Positions 55,185 to 64,000 of a stretch of 64,000 nt of DNA are shown one piece after another; position 1 is the stretch's first letter, and each line of letters starts with the position of its first letter. The DNA is from an uncultured bacterium (lineage in GTDB: Bacteria; Fidelibacterota; Marinisomatia; Marinisomatales; UBA1611). The notes beneath the pieces were generated by a model that had not been told where the DNA came from, did not search any database, and saw nothing but the letters and a program-made list of their open reading frames with translations. Both the position numbers and the translations under genes were made by a program. The stretch is taken from positions 434 to 64,433 of the forward strand of contig CAZLPW010000005.1 of the NCBI GenBank assembly GCA_964561495.1. Reading direction: 5' to 3'.

Positions 55185-56814
55185 TTCTATTATATCAGTT
55201 CAAAACCTTTGCGTTAGTTACATAACAAAAGACAGCCCTATTGAGGCTGTGAAAAACGTCTCCTTTGATATTAAAAAAGGAGAGATTTTTGGTCTTGTAG
55301 GTGAATCAGGTAGCGGGAAAAGTACCGTTGTGCAAGCTCTTCTTAGAACTCTCCCACCACCAGGGGTAATTTCAGGAGGCCATGCGTTTTTCAATGAAAA
55401 AGATATTTTTGAATCAACATATGATCAGGTATTGAATTTTCGTTGGAAAGAAATATCTATTGTACTTCAGAGTGCTTTAAATGCATTAAACCCTGTACTT
55501 AAAATTCGAGACCAGATAAAAGATGTGCTTGAGATTCATACAGATATTTCGGAAGATGATATAGATAAGCGCATAAATGAGCTTCTATTACTAGTCGATA
55601 TAGATGCAACTAGATTAGATAGCTATCCGCATCAACTTTCTGGAGGAATGAAACAACGCATTGTGCTTGCAATTGCCCTGGCTCTCATGCCTCCTGTAAT
55701 AATAATGGATGAACCAACTACCGCTTTAGATGTAATTGTTGAGAGAGCTATACTATCTAAGATTATTGATCTAAGAAAAGAGCTGGGCTTTACAATTTTA
55801 TTTATTACTCACGATCTAAATCTTTTATTAGAGTTTGCCAACCGTCTTGCCGTTATGAAAGATGGTAAAATAATAGACCTCGATACTGCACAAAATATAA
55901 AAAATGGAGGCTCTCATCAATATACCGAAAAACTCATTGGTTCCTTGCCCTCTGCCTCGGGTCCAAGGAAAAAAGGACTCCTGTCAAAACCAAAAGAAAA
56001 GATTATTAAAGAAAATCCATTCCTAGAAGTTGTTAACCTTTCAAAAAGCTTTGCTGTATCTGGTTTTTTCAAACCCCAAATGCTTGACGCAGTAAAAGAT
56101 GTGAACTTCAGAATATATCCTGGAGAAATTTTAGGACTAGTAGGTGAGTCTGGTAGCGGGAAAAGTACTATTGGAAAGTTGGTTACAAGGCTTATAAGGC
56201 CAACAGATGGAATTATTAGGATGAATGGGAAAGATATACTGAGTTCTAAAGCAAAAAAAGTTTCGCTTGATTATAGGAGAAGGGTTCAGATGGTATTCCA
56301 AGATCCTTTTAGCTCTTTAAACTCAATACATACTATCTATCATCACCTCTCTCGACCTTTAATTAGACATAGAATAAAAACAGATTCAGAAATGTATGAT
56401 TATGTAATTTATTTATTAGAATCAGTAGGTTTGATTCCAGGTGAGAATTTTGCAACCAAATTTCCGCATGAAATGTCAGGCGGAGAGAGACAACGAGTTG
56501 CAATAGCAAGGGCATTAAGCCTTGGCCCTGAGTTAATTGTCGCTGATGAACCGACTTCAATGCTTGACGTATCAATCAGGATGGAAATTCTTGAAATTTT
56601 TGCTCAAATGCGTATCAAAAAAAATCTGGCAATTATTTTCATTACTCATGATCTCGCATCTGCAAGATACCTAGCTGATAGAATCATTGTATTACAAAAT
56701 GGTCAAATTGTTGAAAAAGGTGCCTCCGAAGAACTTATTCAATCTCCGCAAACTAAATACACAAAACAATTAGTTAAGGCTGCATCCCCTGGCTGGCTAA
56801 AAAATAAAAAATGA
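55177..56814 (+). CDS. fused double ATP-binding protein (OppD-OppF type) of the ABC importer
   Basis: It has two Walker A motifs (GESGSGKST twice), two signature motifs (LSGGMKQR and MSGGERQR) and two Walker B motifs (IIMDEPT and IVADEPT). Confidence 0.92.
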   Translation: MSNSIISVQNLCVSYITKDSPIEAVKNVSFDIKKGEIFGLVGESGSGKSTVVQALLRTLPPPGVISGGHAFFNEKDIFESTYDQVLNFRWKEISIVLQSALNALNPVLKIRDQIKDVLEIHTDISEDDIDKRINELLLLVDIDATRLDSYPHQLSGGMKQRIVLAIALALMPPVIIMDEPTTALDVIVERAILSKIIDLRKELGFTILFITHDLNLLLEFANRLAVMKDGKIIDLDTAQNIKNGGSHQYTEKLIGSLPSASGPRKKGLLSKPKEKIIKENPFLEVVNLSKSFAVSGFFKPQMLDAVKDVNFRIYPGEILGLVGESGSGKSTIGKLVTRLIRPTDGIIRMNGKDILSSKAKKVSLDYRRRVQMVFQDPFSSLNSIHTIYHHLSRPLIRHRIKTDSEMYDYVIYLLESVGLIPGENFATKFPHEMSGGERQRVAIARALSLGPELIVADEPTSMLDVSIRMEILEIFAQMRIKKNLAIIFITHDLASARYLADRIIVLQNGQIVEKGASEELIQSPQTKYTKQLVKAASPGWLKNKK

Positions 56815-58184
56815 TAGAAAATAATGACAAATTCCCTAAAAACTTTATTTGGGGGACCGCAACCTCTAGCTACCAGATAGAAGGAGCATTTGATACTGAT
56901 GGGAAAGGTACTTCGGTCTGGGATACACATAGCCACACTAAAGGAAAAATTAAAAATAATGATACTGGTGATATAGCATGTAACCATTATTCCCTTTGGG
57001 AAGAAGATTGTAAACTATTAAATAATCTAGGTGTTAGCGCATATCGCTTTTCAACAAGCTGGCCAAGAATTTTTCCAAAAGGCATCGAAAGCAAGCCAAA
57101 TATGTTAGGACTAGATTTTTATAGCAGAATAGTGGATACACTTCTGGAGAATGATATTTTACCTTTTCTAACATTAAACCACTGGGATATTCCTCAAGGG
57201 ATTGAAGACTTAGGAGGTTGGCCTAATAGAAATGTTATAGATTATTATCTGGAATATGCTTATTCGCTTTCCAAACATTTAGGTGACCGTGTTAAAAACT
57301 GGATCACTCATAATGAGCCGTGGTGCATAAGCTACAAAGGCTATATTGAGGGTGACTTCCCGCCTGGATTAAAGGACAATTGGTCAAAAAGCATCGCAAC
57401 AACACATCATTTATTACTATCTCATGGTATGGCCATACCAGAAATTAAAAGTAACTCTAAAGAAGCTCAGGTTGGCATAACGCTTAACCTTACTCCTGCT
57501 GTTCCAGCATCTATGAGCACATATGATATTGATGAGTGTAATAGATTTGATGGAGTATTTAATCGGATGTACCTTGATCCATTATTTAAAAAATCATATC
57601 CGAAAGATATTCTTGATTGGCTAATGGAAGACAATCTAATTAAAAAATCTGATGTTGATATTTTAACTGATCAGGATTTGCAAATTATAGGCACAGATGC
57701 AGATTTTTTAGGAGTTAATTATTATAGTAGAGCAATTATAAGAAATAAAAATATTTCCAAAGAAAAAAATCTTCCTGTCGAAATTAAATCCTCAGAGAAA
57801 ACAGATTTTGGATGGGAAGTTCACCCTGAGAGCTTTTATAAATTACTTATTAGAATAAAGAATGATTATTCATTAAAAAAAATATACATTACCGAAAACG
57901 GATGCTCCTATAAGAATGGACCTGACAAAAATAAAATCATTAACGATGATAAACGAATTGATTACCATAGTTCGCACCTATTATCATTGAAAAAAGCTAT
58001 AGACAATGGAGTACCTTGCGATGGGTATTTCGCATGGTCATTGATGGATAATTTTGAGTGGTGCGAAGGTTTTCAACAACGCTTTGGTCTTATCTGGGTT
58101 GACTTTAATTCATTAGAGCGTATTCCTAAAAAAAGTTTTTTCTGGTATAAAAATCTTATTAATAAAAATGGAGTAGAAAAGTAA
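56811..58184 (+). CDS. GH1 beta-glucosidase (cytoplasmic)
   Basis: FIWGTATSSYQIEGA, acid/base THNEPW and nucleophile YITENG. No signal peptide. Confidence 0.95.
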   Translation: MIENNDKFPKNFIWGTATSSYQIEGAFDTDGKGTSVWDTHSHTKGKIKNNDTGDIACNHYSLWEEDCKLLNNLGVSAYRFSTSWPRIFPKGIESKPNMLGLDFYSRIVDTLLENDILPFLTLNHWDIPQGIEDLGGWPNRNVIDYYLEYAYSLSKHLGDRVKNWITHNEPWCISYKGYIEGDFPPGLKDNWSKSIATTHHLLLSHGMAIPEIKSNSKEAQVGITLNLTPAVPASMSTYDIDECNRFDGVFNRMYLDPLFKKSYPKDILDWLMEDNLIKKSDVDILTDQDLQIIGTDADFLGVNYYSRAIIRNKNISKEKNLPVEIKSSEKTDFGWEVHPESFYKLLIRIKNDYSLKKIYITENGCSYKNGPDKNKIINDDKRIDYHSSHLLSLKKAIDNGVPCDGYFAWSLMDNFEWCEGFQQRFGLIWVDFNSLERIPKKSFFWYKNLINKNGVEK

Positions 58185-58187
58185 GGC

Positions 58188-59543
58188 ATGGACAAAAATA
58201 TATCAATTTCCATTACAGCAAAAGATACCAATCAGAGGTTAAAAGATATAGACCCCAAACAATTAACATTTTCCAATGATCATCAATTGCCTACCCTTAA
58301 AATAGATAGCAAACAAAAAAAACAGAGCATCTTAGGTTTTGGAGGAGCCTTTACTGAAGCATCCGCATATGTGTACAGTCAGCTTAATGATGACAAAAAA
58401 AATGAAATTATTAGTGCCTATTTTGGTGAAAATGGTAACCAATATAATTTTGCGCGGACTCATATTAATAGCTGTGATTTTTCTCTTGGAAACTATGCTT
58501 ATTCTGAAGAACCTGGTGATGTTGAATTAAATAATTTTTCTATATCTAGAGATAGAAAATGGCTTATTCCATTTATTAAATCATGCGTTAAACTCGCAAA
58601 AGATCCAGTTTTTATTTTAGCTTCTCCATGGAGCCCTCCAGCGTGGATGAAAACAAATGGTGAAATGAATAATGGAGGAAAACTGATTAATGAATACCAA
58701 AACACTTGGGCAGAGTATTATTGTAAATACATTTTTGAATACGAAAAAGAAGGAATCGATATTTGGGGTATCTCAGTACAGAATGAGCCAATGGCAAAGC
58801 AAACATGGGACTCCTGTATTTATACTTCTGAAGAAGAACGAGATTTTATTAAACATTATTTAGGGCCTGCTTTAGAAAAAAATAATCTAATGCAAAAAAA
58901 ACTAGTAATATGGGATCATAATAGAGATATAATGGTCGAAAGAGCCTCTACTATTTTAAATGATGAAAAGGCATCAAAATATGTATGGGGAACTGGGTTT
59001 CATTGGTACAACGGAGACCACTTTGAGGCCGTCCAAGAAGTTCACGATAAATTTCCAGATAAGAATTTAATTTTCACTGAAGGCTGTCAAGAAAATGGTC
59101 CGCATATTGGATCATGGGCATTAGGTGAACGCTATGCAACTTCAATAATTAATGATTTAAACCGGTGGACAGTAGCCTGGATCGATTGGAATCTTATTTT
59201 AAATGAAAAAGGTGGGCCAAACCATGTAGAGAATCTTTGTAGTGCTCCCATCATTGTAGATACAAAAAAACAGGATATTTTATACCAAAGTTCTTACTAT
59301 TACTTAGGTCATTTTTCTCGATTTATTAAACGCGGAGATAGAATAATTACAACAGATTTGAACAGTCATGATTTGCTTGCATTATCATCTATAGATAGCA
59401 AAGGAACTATAAATACTATTGTTATGAATAAAAAAGAAAAAGCTCTTGGTTTTAAATATTTCAGTGAAAAAAAAAATAAGAATTTTTTACTGCCTCCAAG
59501 ATCAATAATTACCATATCGGAATCAAACTCAGATAATAATTAA
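58188..59543 (+). CDS. GH30 glycosidase (glucosylceramidase / beta-1,6-glucanase family), no signal peptide
   Basis: ILGFGGAFTEASAY, ASPWSPPAWMKTNG, GISVQNEP and LIFTEGC. Confidence 0.88.
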   Translation: MDKNISISITAKDTNQRLKDIDPKQLTFSNDHQLPTLKIDSKQKKQSILGFGGAFTEASAYVYSQLNDDKKNEIISAYFGENGNQYNFARTHINSCDFSLGNYAYSEEPGDVELNNFSISRDRKWLIPFIKSCVKLAKDPVFILASPWSPPAWMKTNGEMNNGGKLINEYQNTWAEYYCKYIFEYEKEGIDIWGISVQNEPMAKQTWDSCIYTSEEERDFIKHYLGPALEKNNLMQKKLVIWDHNRDIMVERASTILNDEKASKYVWGTGFHWYNGDHFEAVQEVHDKFPDKNLIFTEGCQENGPHIGSWALGERYATSIINDLNRWTVAWIDWNLILNEKGGPNHVENLCSAPIIVDTKKQDILYQSSYYYLGHFSRFIKRGDRIITTDLNSHDLLALSSIDSKGTINTIVMNKKEKALGFKYFSEKKNKNFLLPPRSIITISESNSDNN

Positions 59544-59563
59544 TCAAATTTCTTGAAAAAATA

Positions 59564-62500
59564 GTGACCGAATCTTCTCTATATAAAATTTCCGATTTCC
59601 ATCTTATGGATCCATTCTTAATGACCATCACTAGCGGTGGGGACCATTGGATGTATATATCAAGCACAGGCTGCCTTACAGCTGGGAGAAGCAAAGCAGA
59701 GTTCGCACTCTTCCCTTATGTTACTGATGATATACTTCATAGAAATAACAGTTTTACTGGCCCGATTACGATAGTCAGAGTAAGAAAAAAGAATCAACAA
59801 TTAATTTGGGAACCATTCGCAAAGAACACCAATGCATATAATATTATTCGAAATCTTTATAAAAATAGTATTGGTAACGTAATTATTTTTGAAGAAATCA
59901 ATAAAGATCTTGGACTTACTTTTTCCTACCAATGGCAATCCAACTCTGAACAAGGCTTTATAAGAAAATCTCTAATTACCAATCAAAGCAAGAAACAAAT
60001 CGATTTGGATATTCTTGACGGCCTGATGAATATATTACCTGCAGGTATAGAACTTCGAACTACCCAAGAAATGAATAATCTTGCAAATGCATACAAAGTG
60101 ACGGAGTATTTACCTAAAAATAAATGCTCACTCTATTATCTTAATTCATTAATCATGGACAGACCCCAGCCTGGAGAATCATTAAGAGCTAATATCGTAT
60201 CATACTATTCAAATAACAACCCTGAAATATCTGTTTGTGAAAAGGAAATAAACAATTTTAGAGAAAATGGAAAATTCAAAAAAAAATACCACGTTACTGG
60301 TAGACCTGGCTATTTGTTAACTAAATCTAGGTTTAGATTAGAATCTAAAAAAGGGTCAGAGTGGTATTTTTTCGCAGATGTAAATAAAACCCAAAGTCAA
60401 ATTACTCATATAACTAATTGGCTTAAAAACAGCCAAAACATAATCCAGGATGTTGAAAAAGGAATAATTAATAATAATGATAAATTAGTTTTTGCCTTAG
60501 CATCTGCTGATGCTTTTCAACAGACTCGGTCAAATATAAATAATCTACATCATACTGCGAATGTCCTGTTTAATGTTTTAAGAGGCGGGATATTTAATAA
60601 TCAATATGAAATAAATATATCTGATTTTATAAATAATCTTAAAATTAGAAATAAAAAAATATATGAAAACTTTAAGAAAAAATTACCTCTAAATAATAGC
60701 ACCCTTGAGTTGAATGAGTTGATTCATTTTTCAGATAAAACAAAAGATCCTTCGATGATGAGATTATGTCGTGAATATTTACCTCTTACACTAAGCCGCC
60801 GTCATGGTGACCCAAGTAGACCTTGGAATAGATTTGAAATAAAAACAAAAGATGAAAACAATAATGATTTGTTTTACTATGAAGGCAACTGGCGAGATAT
60901 CTTTCAAAACTGGGAGGCTCTAGGTTTAAGCTTCCCTTTAGCAATTGAATCAATGATAGCTAAATTTGTAAACGCAACATCGGTAGATGGTTATAACCCT
61001 TATCGAATAAATAGTGATGGAATAGATTGGGAAGTTAGTGACCCAGATGATCCCTGGAGCTATATAGGCTATTGGAATGATCATCAAATTATTTATTTAC
61101 AAAAACTACTAGAACATTTAAACAACTATGACCATAAAAAATTAAATCAAATTTTTTCTCAAGAAATTTATTCATATGCTAATATCCCGTACAGGTTACG
61201 AACATTTGATAAAATTATATCTAACCCTAAAGAAACTATTGATTTTGACTACGAAAAAAATAAAAAAATATTAGAATCTGTCGAGTCTTACGGTACAGAC
61301 ATAAAACTCATTCAAAATAATAGAGGAAATGTATACCATGTAAATCTTTGCGAAAAATTACTCGTTTTGACGCTTGCTAAGTTCTCAAGCCTTGTTCCAG
61401 ATGGTGGAATTTGGCTAAACACACAAAGGCCCGAGTGGAACGATGCCAATAACGCTTTGGTAGGTTACGGAGCTTCAATGGTAACCGTATATTATTTAAG
61501 AAGATTTCTCAATTTTTTTCAAAATATTTTAAATCAAACTGATATTAAGTCCATATCTATATCTCAAGATGTCAAGGAATGGCTTTTTGAAATAAACGAT
61601 ATATTAATAGAAATAAAGAAAGAACAAAATCTTGGAAAATTGAATGATCAAGATAGAATGAAATTTGTTATAGCGCTAGGAGAATCATTCTCAACTTATA
61701 GATCTAGAGTTTATGACAAAATTTTTAGTAAAAAAGATACATTAAAAACAAAAAAAATATACGAATTCTTAACGCTTGGTAAAAACATATTGAACGATAC
61801 TATAGACTCTAATGAAAAAAAGGGGCTATTTAATGCATATAACATAATAGACTTTAATAAATCCAAAAATAAAGCCCAAATTAATGAACTGGGTATTATG
61901 CTGGAGGGACAAGTTTCTGCTTTAAGTTCTGGAAAATTATCTTTGAATAAAACTATAAAAACAATCAACGCTATATATGATAGTAAACTCTACAGAAAAG
62001 ATCAGAAAAGTTTTATCCTGTATCCCAAAAAAGAATTAATATCATTTCTTGATAAAAACATAATTCCCAATTCTCTTTTTATAAAATGTGCAGTATTAAA
62101 ACAACTGGTTAATTCTGGTGATACTAGGATTATACATAAAGACGTAAAAAACAATCTCCGATTTAATTCAGATTTAATAAATACCCATGTCTTAGAAGAT
62201 TCTTTAAATGAACTAAGAACAACAGATTCTAAGTTTAAAAAATTATCTGATACTGAGTATAAAAGGATACTCGATATTTATGAAACAGTATTTAATCATA
62301 AATACTATACAGGTAGATCTGGTACAATGTTTTCATACGAGGGCATTGGCTCAATTTACTGGCACATGGTTGCTAAACTACTTCTTAGTGTACAAGAGAA
62401 CTACTATTATTTTCATAAACATAGCTCAAACAAACAAAAACTTACTACCCTAGGAAACCTATATTATAAAATAAGAGATGGTCTAAGTTCATCAAAAACA

Positions 62501-62968
62501 CCAAATCAATATGGAGCATTTCCGTTTGACCCTTATTCTCATTCGCCCTCACACTCAGGAGCGCAGCAACCAGGGATGACAGGACAGGTAAAAGAAGAAA
62601 TCCTAACACGATTTGGTGAGCTTGGATGTTTTATAAGAAAACGTGTGATTGTTTTTTCGCCAATTTTACTAAAAAAATCAGAATTTTTGTTTAAGTCTAA
62701 AATTTTTAATTATTATAACGTTTTCAATAATAAATCAGATTTAAAAGTCAAAAAAAACCAACTCGCTTTTACATTTAATCAAGTCCCAATTATTTATGAT
62801 ATTAATCATCAAATTAAAGACGAAATAAGAATAGAATATTTAAGTGGTGAAACAAAATTACTCCGCGGTTCTAAAATTAATTTTGAAATAAGTAAAGAGA
62901 TTTTTAGTAGGAGAGGAAATATTACGAGTATTAAATATTTATTCAATAAAAAACTTTTAAACTTTTAA
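59564..62968 (+). CDS. 1134-aa cytoplasmic protein; putative GH94/GH149/GH161-clan glycoside phosphorylase (beta-1,3-glucan/laminarioligosaccharide phosphorylase candidate)
   Basis: GTG start and no signal peptide. Motifs: RRHGDPSRPWNRF, NWRDIFQNWE, GYWNDHQIIY and TQRPEWNDANNAL. The last resembles the DWND catalytic-Asp region I recall from GH94 phosphorylases. Its size and laminarin-locus context fit bacterial GH149. The family call is from memory and has not been searched. Confidence 0.45.
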   Translation: MTESSLYKISDFHLMDPFLMTITSGGDHWMYISSTGCLTAGRSKAEFALFPYVTDDILHRNNSFTGPITIVRVRKKNQQLIWEPFAKNTNAYNIIRNLYKNSIGNVIIFEEINKDLGLTFSYQWQSNSEQGFIRKSLITNQSKKQIDLDILDGLMNILPAGIELRTTQEMNNLANAYKVTEYLPKNKCSLYYLNSLIMDRPQPGESLRANIVSYYSNNNPEISVCEKEINNFRENGKFKKKYHVTGRPGYLLTKSRFRLESKKGSEWYFFADVNKTQSQITHITNWLKNSQNIIQDVEKGIINNNDKLVFALASADAFQQTRSNINNLHHTANVLFNVLRGGIFNNQYEINISDFINNLKIRNKKIYENFKKKLPLNNSTLELNELIHFSDKTKDPSMMRLCREYLPLTLSRRHGDPSRPWNRFEIKTKDENNNDLFYYEGNWRDIFQNWEALGLSFPLAIESMIAKFVNATSVDGYNPYRINSDGIDWEVSDPDDPWSYIGYWNDHQIIYLQKLLEHLNNYDHKKLNQIFSQEIYSYANIPYRLRTFDKIISNPKETIDFDYEKNKKILESVESYGTDIKLIQNNRGNVYHVNLCEKLLVLTLAKFSSLVPDGGIWLNTQRPEWNDANNALVGYGASMVTVYYLRRFLNFFQNILNQTDIKSISISQDVKEWLFEINDILIEIKKEQNLGKLNDQDRMKFVIALGESFSTYRSRVYDKIFSKKDTLKTKKIYEFLTLGKNILNDTIDSNEKKGLFNAYNIIDFNKSKNKAQINELGIMLEGQVSALSSGKLSLNKTIKTINAIYDSKLYRKDQKSFILYPKKELISFLDKNIIPNSLFIKCAVLKQLVNSGDTRIIHKDVKNNLRFNSDLINTHVLEDSLNELRTTDSKFKKLSDTEYKRILDIYETVFNHKYYTGRSGTMFSYEGIGSIYWHMVAKLLLSVQENYYYFHKHSSNKQKLTTLGNLYYKIRDGLSSSKTPNQYGAFPFDPYSHSPSHSGAQQPGMTGQVKEEILTRFGELGCFIRKRVIVFSPILLKKSEFLFKSKIFNYYNVFNNKSDLKVKKNQLAFTFNQVPIIYDINHQIKDEIRIEYLSGETKLLRGSKINFEISKEIFSRRGNITSIKYLFNKKLLNF

Positions 62969-62977
62969 GAGGAAAAA

Positions 62978-64000
62978 ATGTTAGATATTAAAATAAAAAA
63001 TTTCCATATTTTTTTAAAACTGATCTTGGTTACAGTTTATTTGAATGCTTCAGATCTGTTGAAAGTCAAAAATCAAGTAATCTTAAATAAAGAAAATCAA
63101 CCAGTGTTTTTAAAAGGGTGTAACCTAGGTAATTGGCTAATTCTTGAAATGTGGATGCTTGACTATGCAGGACGAGGTATTCATGATCAAAAACATTTCA
63201 TAGAAATATTGGAAAATAGGTTTGGCATTGTTAAAGCAAATCAATTGATGGAAGTATACAGAAATAATTGGATTACTGAAAAAGATCTAGACATAATTAA
63301 ATCTTTTGGGATGAATACTTTGAGACTTCCATTTGATTACAAAATTTTAATGGACTCAGATCTAAAGCCATTTAAACTAAAAAAAGATGCCTGGAAATGG
63401 ATTGACCATACAATAAACATGGCTCGAAAAAGAGATATGTATGTTATCCTTGATATGCACGGAGCTCCAGGTCGTCAAAGTGGCATGGATCATTCAGGAG
63501 AAGTGGATTATAATAAGCTTTGGGATAGCAAACTATATCAAGAGCAAACGGTTTGGCTTTGGAGACAAATCTCAGATCGTTATAGAAATGATAAAACCGT
63601 CGCAGCCTATGACCTGCTTAATGAGCCTTGGGGAAGTAGTGAAAAAAATCTCAAAAACATAATCCTTAGGATATACAAAGAAATAAGAAAAAATGATGAT
63701 GAACACATAATTGTTTTCCCTGGTCACAGAAGCGGAATAGATTTTTATGAAAATATACGCTCAATCAGATTAGAAAATATAATATACACTATGCACTTTT
63801 ATCCTGGCCTCTTTGGTGGTGGCCCTCCTACTATTTATACACACACTGATTTTATTCAAAATGTAATCCCGTTATGGGAAGAAAAAATGAGACAGTTTGA
63901 TTCACCACTTTTGATTGGAGAGTTTAATGTTGTCTTTAAATCTGCTGGAGCTGGTGAAATGATGCGCCGTTATTTTGATATATACTCTAGTAATCACTGG
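62978..64000 (+). CDS. GH5 beta-glucanase, exported; the 3' end lies beyond the window
   Basis: Not in the ORF track because no stop lies in the window. The frame is open from ATG 62978, which is preceded by AGAGGA. MNTLRLPFDY, ILDMHGAPGRQSG, acid/base AYDLLNEPW and nucleophile LLIGEFN. Confidence 0.85.
   Translation, partial: MLDIKIKNFHIFLKLILVTVYLNASDLLKVKNQVILNKENQPVFLKGCNLGNWLILEMWMLDYAGRGIHDQKHFIEILENRFGIVKANQLMEVYRNNWITEKDLDIIKSFGMNTLRLPFDYKILMDSDLKPFKLKKDAWKWIDHTINMARKRDMYVILDMHGAPGRQSGMDHSGEVDYNKLWDSKLYQEQTVWLWRQISDRYRNDKTVAAYDLLNEPWGSSEKNLKNIILRIYKEIRKNDDEHIIVFPGHRSGIDFYENIRSIRLENIIYTMHFYPGLFGGGPPTIYTHTDFIQNVIPLWEEKMRQFDSPLLIGEFNVVFKSAGAGEMMRRYFDIYSSNHW

Noticed and set aside
63441-63662. 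Track ORF 63441..63662 (+).
   Set aside because: It is out of frame within the partial GH5 gene (62978..64000), which carries the NEP and GEF catalytic motifs.
1-64000. A search for rRNA, tRNA, transposase, integrase, phage or toxin-antitoxin/defence-system hallmarks.
   Set aside because: I recognised none. I saw no tRNA-like GC-rich cloverleaf (no GGTTCGAAT-type T-arm), and no DDE, tyrosine or serine recombinase motifs. The NYN-domain gene and the adjacent methyltransferase do not form a recognisable defence operon.

Overview
The window is AT-rich, densely coding chromosomal DNA with about 55 genes. I found no rRNA, tRNA, CRISPR array, transposase or integrase. Five proteins end in canonical type IX secretion (T9SS) C-terminal sorting domains (YPNPFN...ILLK). 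There is also a PorV/PorQ-like barrel, and TAnnTTTG-type boxes sit upstream of several genes. Together these point to a marine FCB-group (Bacteroidota-related) bacterium, but no SusD homologue is present. That taxonomic call is inference only.

Contents from left to right:
- 1-12.5 kb: small accessory and housekeeping genes (MAPEG, YggT, NYN/LabA, a methyltransferase, lysophospholipase, glpK, DUF423, a Kelch-repeat T9SS cargo protein, DUF962). The intergenic regions carry a recurring 31-nt box and a relic of a carbamoyltransferase gene.
- 12.7-17.4 kb: a light/redox stress cluster. It holds a flavodoxin with an in-frame TAA, a class II photolyase, a MerR-HTH regulator with a B12-binding-like domain that lacks the His ligand, and glutathione peroxidase.
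- 17.6-26.5 kb: mixed metabolism (GDPD plus FAD oxidase, MFS transporter, PPK2, PAF-acetylhydrolase-like lipase) and a compact module of His-rich membrane protein, YceI and Tat-Rieske protein.
- 26.5-33.2 kb: an alpha-glucan cluster. It contains a CotH-LTD-CTD protein, a GH13 gene split by a frameshift in an A9 run, and a pullulanase-type GH13.
- 33.3-64 kb: a bipartite, divergently transcribed beta-glucan (laminarin-type) utilisation locus of about 31 kb.

The minus arm of that locus encodes a multi-CBM T9SS protein, then a translationally coupled operon (TonB-dependent receptor, uncharacterised 1156-aa protein, PorV-like barrel, SurA-like lipoprotein), then two GH16 genes and a GH5-CBM6. The plus arm encodes LacI, PA14-GH16, an Opp/Dpp-type ABC importer with a fused double ATPase, GH1, a signal-less GH30, a 1134-aa GH94/GH149-like putative beta-1,3-glucan phosphorylase, and a second GH5.

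The best candidate for an undescribed system is the SusD-less receptor/giant-protein/PorV-like module and the hybrid uptake route built around it.
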